Shown one piece after another: positions 11,401 through 23,400 of a DNA stretch of 64,000 nt. The DNA is taken from the NCBI GenBank assembly GCA_038087875.1, contig CM075995.1, positions 10,728,001 to 10,792,000 on the forward strand, given 5' to 3'. The DNA comes from Malacoraja senta (taxonomy: Eukaryota). The translations under genes were made by a program, and so were the position numbers. Each line of letters starts with the position of its first letter. Positions within the stretch are counted from its first letter, which is position 1. The notes beneath the pieces are model-generated. The model had not been told where the DNA came from and ran no database searches. It saw nothing but the letters and a program-made list of their open reading frames with translations.

Positions 11401-14400
11401 GAACCAGGGGCCACAGTCTTAGAATAAAGGGGAGGTCATTTAAGACTGATGTGACAAGAAACTTTTTCACCCAGAGAGTTGTGAATTTATGGATTTCCCT
11501 GCCACAGAGGGCAGTGGAGGCCAAGTCACTGGATGGATTTAAGAGAGAGTTAGATAGAGCTCTAGGGGCTAGTGGAGTCAAGGGATATGGGGAGAAGGCA
11601 TGCATGGGTTATTGGTAGGGGACGATCAGCCATGATCACAATAAATGGCGGTGCTGGCTCGAAGGGCCGAATGGCCTCCTCCTGCACCTAGTTTCTATGA
11701 TTTTGTCAGGAGATGAGAAGCTGAGCAATGGTGAAATGTTGGATAAGGTAAAACTTTACTCTTGGAGTGCTAGCTGCAGGGTGATCTTATAGAGGTGTAT
11801 AAATACACGAGGAAAATAGAAAAGGGCGAGTGCACTGTCTATTGCACTGTGTAATGGAAGCAAAATATGAGGGCAAGATTAATATGATCTTGAAGGCCAT
11901 CCTTTTCACTCAGAGGGTGGTGGGTAGATGAAATGTGCTGTTAGAGGGGGTGGTTGCGCATAACAGCATTTAAAAGGCACTTGGACAGGTACATGGATAG
12001 GAAAGATTTAGAACGATATGGGCCAAATGCTGGCAAATAGAACTAACTTTGATGAGGAACCTTGGTCGGCATGAACGCATTAGGCTGAAGGGCCTATTTC
12101 TATGAACTATGACACAAGGTTTGGACCGTTGATCCAGAAGTGTGGACCATTGATGTAGAAGCACAGATAATTGACTCGGATGGATGGCCCATTGATCAGG
12201 TGTAGACCACAGAGCCACATGTTTGAACCATTGTCCCAGCTGAATGGACCATTGGTCCAGGAGTGTGGACCATTAATCCAGAAGTGTGGACATTGATCAA
12301 GAGGGGTGAATCATTGACCTAGATGAGTGTACAATAAATGAGTTGTGGATATTGACCAGAGGTGTGGAACATTGATCCAGAGGTTCGGGCTACTGTCCAT
12401 GCTGCCCAAGACTCCCATTATAGCTTCATTCCTTTTCCTGCGATTATCTCTTAATATCTTTTAAAATGTACCTCTCAAAGTCTTTTAAATGTTGTTATTG
12501 TACTCTGGCAGCTTATTCCATGGACCATCTTCTGTGTTGGTACGATTGTTCCTGAGGTGCCTGTTGAAGCTTTCCCCACTCAGCTTAGACCCTGTACTTC
12601 TTGATCCCCTACTTTAAACAACGCCTTATCTATTCCACTCATGATTTAATACACCTGTGGAACATGAGACACTGTTGTTCCAATTTGCTTGTGGTCTGCC
12701 GATGATCATGGCTGAGGATAGACAGGACAGTGTGGGAATGGGACGGGGAGTTGATCAGATCAGGGCGGCCAATTTGCGCAGAGCACAGGCTCCCTGTGGA
12801 TAGATCATTCGGTTTCAACAAAGACCAGCCACATTGTCAGCAGCAAGTGACCATCGTGCAGACGGATCTAATCTCTGAAGAAGTCTGAAGAAGGGTTTCG
12901 GCCCGAAACGTTGCCTATTTCCTTCGCTCCATAGATGCTGCTGCACCCGCTGTGTTTCTCCAGCATTTTTGTGTACCTTCTAATCTCCTTCATTGATGAT
13001 AATATGTCATCGACATTCTCGTCTGTTGAATACATTTCCAGGCCAGGTGATCATACTGTATCACCACCCATATACAGTGACTGAGTAATACAGCACAAAA
13101 AAGGCCCATTGGACAACAAACCAAAATGCCTCATCTAAACTACATCTGATGACCCATAACCCTCTATGCCTTTCCTATCCTTGTAACTGTTCAATTGTTT
13201 CCATGTACGATCAGTCCAAATAATATGATGATATCACCACCCATTGATGTTCATGTATGATCAGAGGTCATAACATAGCATCGCCACTCAGATTTTAACA
13301 CAGCCTCACCGTCCATGTATTAGAGATAGCCATAGAGTGATACAGTGTGGAAACGGGCCCAACTAACCCACACTGGCTAACAATGTCCCAGTTACACCAA
13401 TCCCATTTGCCTGCGCTTAGTCCATATCCCTCCAAAACTGTCCTCGCCCTGTACCTGTCTAACTGTTTCATAAATTATAGGATAGTCCCAGCCTCAACTA
13501 CTTCCTCTGGCAGCTTGTTCCATACACCCACCACCCAGTACATATATGACCAGACCAAATGATAATACGGCTTCACCACCCATATCTGTTCATGTATGTC
13601 CAGTCCCACTCAAACCCTGTCTTTCTCTGGGCATGGACGTTGTGCGTGACACCAGTACTGGCCTTGCCAATGCTTCACCAGCACATTCTGCTGTTGATGT
13701 GTATGGGTCAAAGTGTGGGGTCTGGCCCACAGATCCCCTCACAGCAAACGGGAGAAATGGCGGACAGACCCGCCCACTTAGTACTCGATCTCTGTCTCTT
13801 TCAGCTGTGGTACCATCCGGTCAATGAATGGATCAACGTTCACCTTCGCTTGTGGTGGTCTCAAGGGTCGATATGTGAATATCATGCTACCGGGCCTGGC
13901 TAAAATACTAAACCTGTGTGAGGTGGAGATCTACGGCTCTAAACCTCCAATCCTGGAAGGTGCAGGTGTGTTGGAATCCCATGCTGTAGCAATCTGTGTA
14001 CACCGTTGACTCCTCACTCAGTGGAGATGTGTGGTGACACAACTAACACACTGGGTGGCGATGTGCGCTGATACAACTAACACAGTAAGCGGGGACTTAC
14101 TGACACAACTTACACACTCACCCGGGGCGTGTGCTGAAACAACACACTCAGTTGGGACGTGTGCTGACACAACTAACATCCTTAGGGAGGACGTGTGCTT
14201 ACACAACTGACACACTCAGCAGGGACGAGTGCTGACACAAGTAACATTCTCTGTGCCTATGTCTGCTGGCACACAGCTAACATAAGCAATGGATGGGTAC
14301 ATGTACAAGAAATGTTCAGATGGATTCGGGCAAACACGGTAAATGGGATTAATTTATGTGGGGCCATGAACAGTCAACATGGATTTGTGCCTGGAAGGTC

Positions 14401-17400
14401 ATGTTTGACTAATCTTCTTGAATTTTTTGAAGAGGTTCCTAGGGAAATTGATGAGGGTAAAGTGGTGGATGTTGTCTATATGGACTTCAGTAAGACCTTT
14501 GACAAGGTTCCACATGGAAGGTTGGTTAAGAAGGTTCAATAGTTGGGTATTAATAGTGGAGTAGCAAGATGGATTCAACAGTGGCTGAATGGGAGATGCC
14601 AGAGAATAATGGTGGATAACTGTTTGTCAGGTTGGAGGCTGGTGACTAGTGGGGTGCCTCAGGGATCTGTGTTGGGTCCACTGTTGTTTGTCATATACAT
14701 CAATGATCTGGATGATGGTGTGGTAAATTGGATTAGTAAGTATGCAGATGATACTAAGATAGGTGGTGTTGTGGATAATGAAGTAGATTTTCAATGTCTA
14801 CAGAGAGATTTAGGCCATTTGGAAGATTGGGCTGAAAGATGGCAGATGGAGTTTAATGCTGATAAGTGTGAGGTGCTACATATAGGCATGGCAAATCAAA
14901 ATAGGACATACATTGTAAATGGTAGCCAATTGAGGAATGCAGTTGAACAGAGGGATCTAGTAATAACTGTTCCCTAAAGGTGGAATCTCATGTAGATAGG
15001 GTGGTAAAGAAAGCTTTTGGTGTGCTGGCCTTTATAAATCAGAGCATTGAGTATAGAAGTTGGGATGTAATGTTAAAATTGTACAAGGCATTGGTGAGGC
15101 CAATTCTGGAATACGGTGTACAATTTTGGTCGCCAAATTCTCGGAAAGATGTCAACAAAATAGAGAGAGTACAGAGGAGATTTACTAGAATGTTGCCTGG
15201 GTTTCAGCACCTAAGTTACAGAGAAAGGTTGAACAAGATAGGTCTTTATTCTTTGGAGCGCAGAAGGTTAAGGGGGGACTTGATAGAGGTCTTTAAAATT
15301 ATGAGAGGCGTAGCAGGGCTCTCGCTTAACTTTTTTTCCCTGTTGCCAGCCGGGCAACCTTGACAGCNNNNNNNNNNNNNNNNNNNNNNNNNNNNNNNNN
15401 NNNNNNNNNNNNNNNNNNNNNNNNNNNNNNNNNNNNNNNNNNNNNNNNNNNNNNNNNNNNNNNNNNNNNNNNNNNNNNNNNNNNNNNNNNNNNNNNNNNN
15501 NNNNNNNNNNNNNNNNNNNNNNNNNNNNNNNNNNNNNNNNNNNNNNNNNNNNNNNNNNNNNNNNNNNTTTGTGATAAAGTGATTCAAGGGATGGTAGGGG
15601 TAAGCCAATAATTTTTGATGCTCTGTTGATGATGCGCTGTAATTTCTTCCGGGAGAGTGAGTCGAGACTGCCGAACCAGACTGTGATGGATGAAGTGAGG
15701 ATGCTTTCAATGATGGCTGTATAGAAGCGGAGCATGAGATGAGATCTTACTCTGAACTTCCTTAGCTGTCGGAGATGGAAAAGTCTTTGCTGGGCTTTCC
15801 CATAAATGTGGTCTGCGTTTGTCCTCCATTTGAGGTTGTTGCTGATGTGGGTTCCAAGGAGTTTGAATGTGTCAGTGATGGAGATGGATTCATCATTAAT
15901 GAGCACAGGAGTTTTGGGGGATGGCTGGCGCCTTGGGTCGATGATAATTTCTTTTGTTTTTGATGAATTGAGTAAGAGGTCATGGTCTGTGCACCAGGTC
16001 ACTGCTTGGTTGACCTGTGCACGGTATTCAGTTTCTTGGTTGTTGGTGATGAATCCTATGATGGTTGAGTCGTCCGCGTACTTTTACAGGTTGACGGAGC
16101 TGTGGTGGGATGTGAGCTGGTTTGTGTAAAGGGAAAATAGCCAGGGTGAGAGAACACAGCCTTGTTCTCTCAACCTGGCCCCCCATTCTTCTTGAATGTG
16201 GGGATCAGTATGGGATGGATGGGGGGGATCAGTATAGGATGAATGTTCCCCCCATTCTCCTTGAATGTGGGGATCAGTATGGGATGGATGGGGGGGATCA
16301 GTATAGGATGAATGGGGGTTCAGTACAGGATGAATGGGGGTAGACAAAAATGCTGGAGAAATTCAGCGGGTGAGGCAGCATCTATGGAGCTAAGGAATTA
16401 GGCAACGTTTCGGGTCGAGACCCTTCTTCAGACTGTTCCCCCCATTCTTCTTGAATGGGGGGATCAGTACAGGATGGATGGGGGGGTCAGCACAGAATGA
16501 ATGGGGGGGATCAGTACAGGATGAATGGGGGGGGTGGTCAGGACAGAGTGGATCGGAGGGTCTATGCAGGATGAATGGGAGATCACTACAGGATGAATGA
16601 GGGGATCAGTACAGGATGAATGGGGAATCAGTAAAAGATGAATGGGGAGATCACTACAGGATGGATGGGGGGGATTGGTGCAGGGTAAATGGAGGGTGGG
16701 TCAGTACGGGATGAATGGGAGGATCAGTGCAGTATGAATGGGGGGAGAAGTGCAGGATGGATGGGAAGTGGGGTCAGTACAGGATGAATTGGGGGACCAG
16801 TGTAGGATGGATGGGGGGGTGGCAGGAGAATCAATGTGAGGTGGGTAGGGTGGTGAATACATTGGGGGGGGTAGATGGGGAGGGGAGCACAGGGGATGTC
16901 AGTGAGGACTGAATAGAGGAGGGAATGGGGATCAGTGCGGGATGGAGAGGAGGGGTCCCAGGATAAGAGGGGTGGAGGGGGGCGTACAAGAGAGAGAAAG
17001 AGAGAGAAAGAGGGGGGGAAGAGGCAGAGGAGGTGGGGAGGAAGGAAGGAAGGTCAGCGCTCCTCGGACAACATCGCCCCGCTGCCTTGGCCATCCCTGT
17101 CCAACGCCAAAGTGCCGCCGCCTCCTCGCCACCGCCTCCCCTCCTCCGCCAGCCGACAGGAAGGTGCGGGGCCGAGCGGTGCAGCTCATAGATCTTATAT
17201 GATCTGTCGTGCAGCTGCTTCAGACGTCGGAAGGAGACCTCCCTCTCCCTCCCTCCCTCCCGGCCTCGGCGTGCGAGAGGGGTTGGTTTGAAAGCGCCGT
17301 TAGCGGAGTTGCAAGCAGCGACCGTTATCAGGGCGATAGGAGCCGCTGATGGCAAATCCGCAAAAGGTGCTTTCAAATCCGCAAAACACCCCCTACAGCA

Positions 17401-20400
17401 TGCCGAGGCCAGGAGGAGGGGGGCGGGGAGAGGGAGAGGGAGGCCTCCTTCCGCCGGACGGGGTGCGGGAGGAGGAGGCGGTGGAACCGCTGTCGTGGCC
17501 GCTGTTCGGGGCCCGTCATTCGCCCTGACCCTTCGTCACCATGCACCTAGTATCTTTGACCCGCAATCAAAGATACTAGAGGAATATAGCCGCCGACACG
17601 AAACGTCAGTTCCTATGCGCCGGAGATGCTGCCTGACCCGCGGAGTTACTCCAGTTTTTTGTGTCTACCGGTATAAACCAGTATTTGGGTGCCAAGCCGG
17701 GCAAAATGAGTCGCCGTTTAGGTTGCCCGGGGGCACTTTCTGTGGACAATGGCAGCCGGGCAACCGCTAATTTCAAGCCCTGGATAGACAGAGTTGACGT
17801 GGATAAGCTTTTCCATTGAGAGTAGGGAAGATTCAAACAAGAGGACTTGATTGGAAAATTATTGGACAAAAGTTTAGGGGTAACATGAGGGGGAACTTCT
17901 TTACTCAGAGAGTGGTAGCTGTGTGAAATGAGCTTCCAGTGGAAGTGGTGGAGGCAGGTTCGATTTTATCAGTTAAAAATAAATTGGATAGGTATATGGA
18001 CGGGAAAGGAATGGAGGGTTATGGTCTGAGTGCAGGTAGATGGGACTAAGTGAGAGTAAGTGTTCGGCACGGACTAGAAGGGCCGAGATGTCTTGTTTCC
18101 ATGCTGTATGGTCTTGGTTGGCATGGGACATTTGGACCAAAAGGCCTGTTTCTGTGCTGTGGACCCGTCAAGACCCAACACTCATTCAAACACCTTTGCA
18201 GAGCATAGTTTAGGCAAGTGGGAGGTGCAGCGAGACCTGGGCGTCCTTGTACACTGGTCACTGAAAGTTGGCGTGCAGGTACAGCAGGCAGTGAAGAAAG
18301 CTAATGGAATGTTGGCCTTCATAACAAGAGGATTTCAGTATAGGAGTAAAGAGGTTCTTCTGCAGTTGTATAGGGCTCTGGTGAGACCACATCTGGAGTA
18401 TTGTGTACAGTTTTGGTCTCCTAATTTGAGGAAGGACATCCTTGTGATTGAGGCAGTGCAGCGTAGGTTCAAGAGATTGATCCCTGGGATGTCGGGACTG
18501 TCATATGAGGAAAGATTGAAAAGACTAGGAGTAGGCTTGTATTCACTGGAGTTTAGAAGGATGAGGGGGATCTTATAGAAACATATAAAATTATAAATGG
18601 ACTGGACAAGCTAGATGCAGGAAAACTGTTCCCAATTTTGGGTGAGTCCAGAACCAGGGGCCACAGTCTTAGAATAAAGGGGAAGCCATTTAAGACTGAG
18701 GTGAGAAAAAACTTTTTCACCCAGAGAGTTGTAAATTTGTGGAATTCCCTGCCACAGAGGGCAGTGGAGACCAAGTCACTCGATGGATTTAAGAGAGAGT
18801 TAGATAGAGCTCTAGGGGCTAGTGGAATCAAGGGATATGGGGAGAAGGCAGATACTGGTTATTGATTGGGGACGATCAGCCATGATCACAGTGAATGGCG
18901 GGGCTGGCTCGAAGGGCTGAATGGCCTCCTGCAACTATTTTCTATGTTTCTATTAATTATTTTAATACAGATAACGCTGTAGCTATTCAGTACACAGGGA
19001 AACCCACAATCCTCAACCCTCACTGAGATGATATTGTATTGGCATGTTTATTGTTGTCACTGTGTAAACTTTGCCTGCATGATCAAATCACACTTTTCAC
19101 GAGAACAATTAAGCCATGCACACGTACTGCAGGTGGTGCAAAGAGAAAATTCCCAGCGTTCCAAATATAGTGTTACAGCATTATGGTATTACATTTACAG
19201 ATAATTTGCAGATGAAAAAAAAATGCAAGGTCCACAGTCATGTAGATTGGAAGGTCAGAACTACACCTTAACTTAAGGGATGTGCATTCAGTAGTTTGAT
19301 TTTTTTTTTTTAAAGGGGGAGGAAGCTATTTCTGAATCTGACACAAAGGTAATTAATTGCTTCTGGGAGGGTTGTGTTTAATGTAGTGCAGCATGTCTGA
19401 GGAGCCTGAAGGTTGTTTGGAAGAAGCTGTCTGCTGGGCCTTCTTCCCGATGGTAACAGTGAGATTAGAGCGTGGCCAGGGTGGTGTGGGTCTTTAAATG
19501 ATGTTGGCTACCTTTTAGAGGCAGCGCCTCCTGTATGTCCCTGTGGGGAGGTTAGTACCTGTGATGGACCGGGCAGTGTCCGACACTTTCAGTAGCCTCC
19601 TTCGTTCCAGTACATTTGAGTTATTGAACCAGGCCATGATGCAACCAGTCAATATGCTCATTGATAATCAGCCAACTCCTGCTTTATCACAAGTCAGTAT
19701 GTTGCAGGACATTACTCGCCTCTAACTTGAATTCCCTTGCATCCATGACGCTTGCTGAAGAGTAATTTATTGTTCCATCTGCAGAGAACCTGGCACTGAA
19801 AGGGAAGGCGGCCATGTCAAGCATCTATCGCAGATCGTTTGCCTCCTACGCCATTGATGGTAACATAAACTCAATAATGCGTATAGGACCATGTACGCAC
19901 ACAGGAAAAGAGAAAGACCCATGGTGGCGGCTCGATTTAATGGAAAAGCACATCATATCATCGATAAGAATCACCAACCGACAGGACCGTTAGTATTGTG
20001 TGCAAATCTGGTTGCCCCATTTTTGGAAGTTTAGAGAGGCTTTGTAGAGGTTGCAGAAGACATTTATGTAAAGCTGGTGGATATAAAATGCTGGGGTAAC
20101 TCAGCAGGTGAGGCAGCATCTCTGGAGAGAAGGAATAGGTAACGTTTCGGGTCGAGACCCTTCAATGTAAAGTTGCTTGGAACTGGGGGCATTATCTCTA
20201 TGGTGAGTTTATGTAAAGCTGCTTGAGTAGAGAGAATTAGCTCCATGGAAAGTTTAGGCAGATGTGCATTGTTTTCTCTGGATCATCAGAGGTTGGGTCG
20301 TGACTTGGCATAAGTATATGAAATTATTCCCTCGGGTGGAAATGTCAAAAAGTAGAAGCCACAACTTTAAGGCGAGAAGGGGGAAGTTTAAAGGAGGTGT

Positions 20401-23400
20401 GCTAGCCCAGTTTTTTAGGCAAAGAGTGGTGGGCGCCTGGAACACACTGCTGCGGGTGGAGGCGGAGGCAAATATTATCGTGTCATTTAAGAGGCTTTCA
20501 GTTGGGGACATGGATAAGCAAGGAATTGAAATATACAGCACTTGCAGGGAGATAAGATTAGTTTAACGACATAATTTTCGGCAGGGAGATCATGGTTGAA
20601 GGTCCTGTCCCTCTGCTGTACTGTTGTACTTTCTATGTTCCATGCAGCCTGGTGTGAGAAACGGATCCTGGGAGCAGAGATCCACATTGGGAACTCGCTG
20701 ATGAAAAATGGGAATATGAACAGCCTGTAAGTATTCACAGCAACACTGATAGTTTGTAAGATGCATTGGATTAACAGTGACTTGCTCTATGGTTTCACAA
20801 CTGACTTAATGATGGAAACAGAGGGTGTGGTGGAAGGACAATATTCATTCTAGAGGTCTGTGACCAATGAAGTTCCACAGTGATCAGTGCTAGGATGTCT
20901 GCGGTTTATAGAAACATAGAAACATAGAAAATAGGTGCAGGAGTAGGTCATTCGGCCCTACGAGCCTGCACCGCCATTCAATATGATCATGGCTGATCAT
21001 CCAACTCAGTATCCCGTACCTGCCTTCTCTCCATACCCCCTGATCCCCATAGCCACAAGGGCCACATCTTACTCCCTCTTAAATATAGCCAATGAACTGG
21101 CCTCAACTACCTTCTGTGGCAGAGAGTTCCAGAGATTCACCACTCTCTGTGTGAAAAATGTTTTTCTCATCTCGGTCCTAAAAATTCCCCTTATCCTTAA
21201 ACTGTGACCCCTTGTTCTGGACTTCCCCAACATCGGGAACAATCTTCCTGCATCTAGCCTGTCCAACCCCTTGAGAATTTTGTACATTTCTATAAGATCC
21301 CCCCTCAATCTTCTAAATTCTAGCGAGTACAAGCGAGTACAAGCCGAGTCTATCCAGTCTTTCTTCATATGAAAGTTCTGACATCCCAGGAATCAGTCCG
21401 GTGAACCTTCTCTGCACTCCCTCTATGGCAAGAATGTCTTTGCTCAGATTAGGAGACCAAAACTGTACGCAATACTCCAGGTGTGGTCTCACCAAGACCC
21501 TGTTCAACTGCAGTAGAACCTCCCTGCTCCTATGCACAAATCATTTTGCTATGAATGCTAACATACCATTCGCTTTCTTCACTTCCTGCTGCATCTGCAT
21601 GCTTACTTTCAATGACTGGTGTACCATGACACCCAGGTCTCGTTGCATCTCCCCTTTTCCTAATCGGCCCCCATTCAGATAATAGTCTACTTTCCTGTTT
21701 TTGCCACCAAAGTGGATAACCTCACATTTATCCACATTATACTGCATTTGCCATGCATTTGCCCACTCAACCAACCTATCCAAGTCACCCTGCAGTCTCC
21801 TAGCATCCTCCTCACAGCTAACACTGCCCCGCAGCTTCGTGTCATCCGCAAACTTGGAGATGTTGCATTCAATTCCCTCGTCCAAATCATTAATATATAT
21901 TGTAAATAGCTGGGGTCCCAGCACCGAGCCTTGCGGTACCCAACTAGTCACTGCCTGCCATTGTGAAAAGGACCCGTTTACTCCTACTCTTTGCTTCTAG
22001 TCTGCCAGCCAGTTCTCTATCCAATACTGAACCCCCTATACCGTGTGCTTTAAGTTTGCATACTAATCTCTTATGTGGGACCTTGTCGAAAGCCTTCTGA
22101 AAGTCCAGATATACCACATCCAATGGTTCTCCCTTATCCACTCTACTAGTTACATCCTCGAAAAATTCTATAAGATTCGTCAGACATGATTTACCTTTCA
22201 TAAATCCATGCTGACTTTGTCCAATGATTTCACCACTTTTCAAATGTGCTGCTATCCCATCTTTAATAACTGACTCTAGCAGTTTCCCCACTACCGATGT
22301 TAGACTAACTGGTCTGTAATTCCCTGTTTTCTCTCCCTCCCTTTGTAAAAGTGGGGTTTCATTAGCTACCCTCCAATCCTCAGGAACTACTCCAGAATCT
22401 AAAGAGTTTTGAAAAATTATCACTAATGCATCCACTATTTCTGGGGCTACTTCCTTAAGTACTCTGGGATGCAGCCTATCTGGCCCTGGGGATTTGTCGG
22501 CCTTTAATCCATTCAATTTACCTAACACCACTTCCCGGCTAACCTGGATTTCACTCAGTTCCTCCATCTCATTTGACCCCCGGTCCCCTGCTATTTCCGG
22601 CAGATTATTTATGTCTTCCTTAGTGAAGACATAACCAAAGTAGTTAATCAATTGGTCTGCCATGTCCTTGTTCCCCATGATCAATTCACCTGTTTCTGAC
22701 TGCAAGGGACCTACATTTGTTTTAACTAATCTGTTTCTCTTCACATATCTATAAATACTTTTGCAGTCAGTTATTATGTTCCCTGCCAGTTGTCTTTCAT
22801 AATCTATTTTCCCTTTCCTAATTAAGCGCTTTGTCCTCCTCTGCTGGACTCTGAATTTCTCCCAGTCCTCTGGTAGGCTGCTTTTTCTGGCTAATTTGTA
22901 TACTACATCTTTTGTTTTGATACTATCCCTGATTTCCCTTGTTATCCACAGATGCACTACCTTCCCTGATTTATTCTTTTGCCAAACTGGGATGAAAAAT
23001 TGTTGTAGTTCATCCATGCAGTCTTTAAATGCCTTCCATTGCCTATCCACCGTCAACCCTTTAAGGATCAATTGCCAGTCTATCTTGGCCAATTCACGTC
23101 TCATTCCCTCAAAGTTACCTTTCTTTAAGTTCAGAACCCTTGTTTCTGAATTAATTATGTCACTCTCCATCCTAATGAAGCTCAACCATATTATGGTCAC
23201 TCTTGCCCAAGACTGCTAACTAACCCTTCCTCATTACTCAATACCCAGTCTAGAATAGTCTAGAATAGAATGATATGAATTAATGAATCGAATGTGAACG
23301 TAGATGGTTTGGTTCATAAATTTGCAGGTGACACCAAGATTGCAGGGTTGGCTAATTCTGACGAAAGCTATCAAAGGATGCAACAGGATATAATAATAAT

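Larger units (their letters stand above)
15314..17782. mobile_element. Non-autonomous hAT-like DNA transposon carrying nested repeats and spanning the assembly gap
   Basis: Termini CAGGGCT...AGCCCTG; repeated subterminal GCCGGGCAACC motifs near both ends; cleanly interrupts a CR1. No clear 8-bp TSD. Confidence 0.6.
14366..18110 (+). mobile_element. CR1 LINE (subfamily B) RT region, split by the insertion at 15314-17782
   Basis: RT reads up to ...LIEVFKIMR at about 15307 and resumes DRVDVDKLF at about 17783. Confidence 0.88.

Noticed and set aside
16831..17770. GC-rich ORFs of 118-181 aa, or a gene promoter
   Set aside because: Low-complexity translations with no recognisable domain, inside a TIR-bounded insert.
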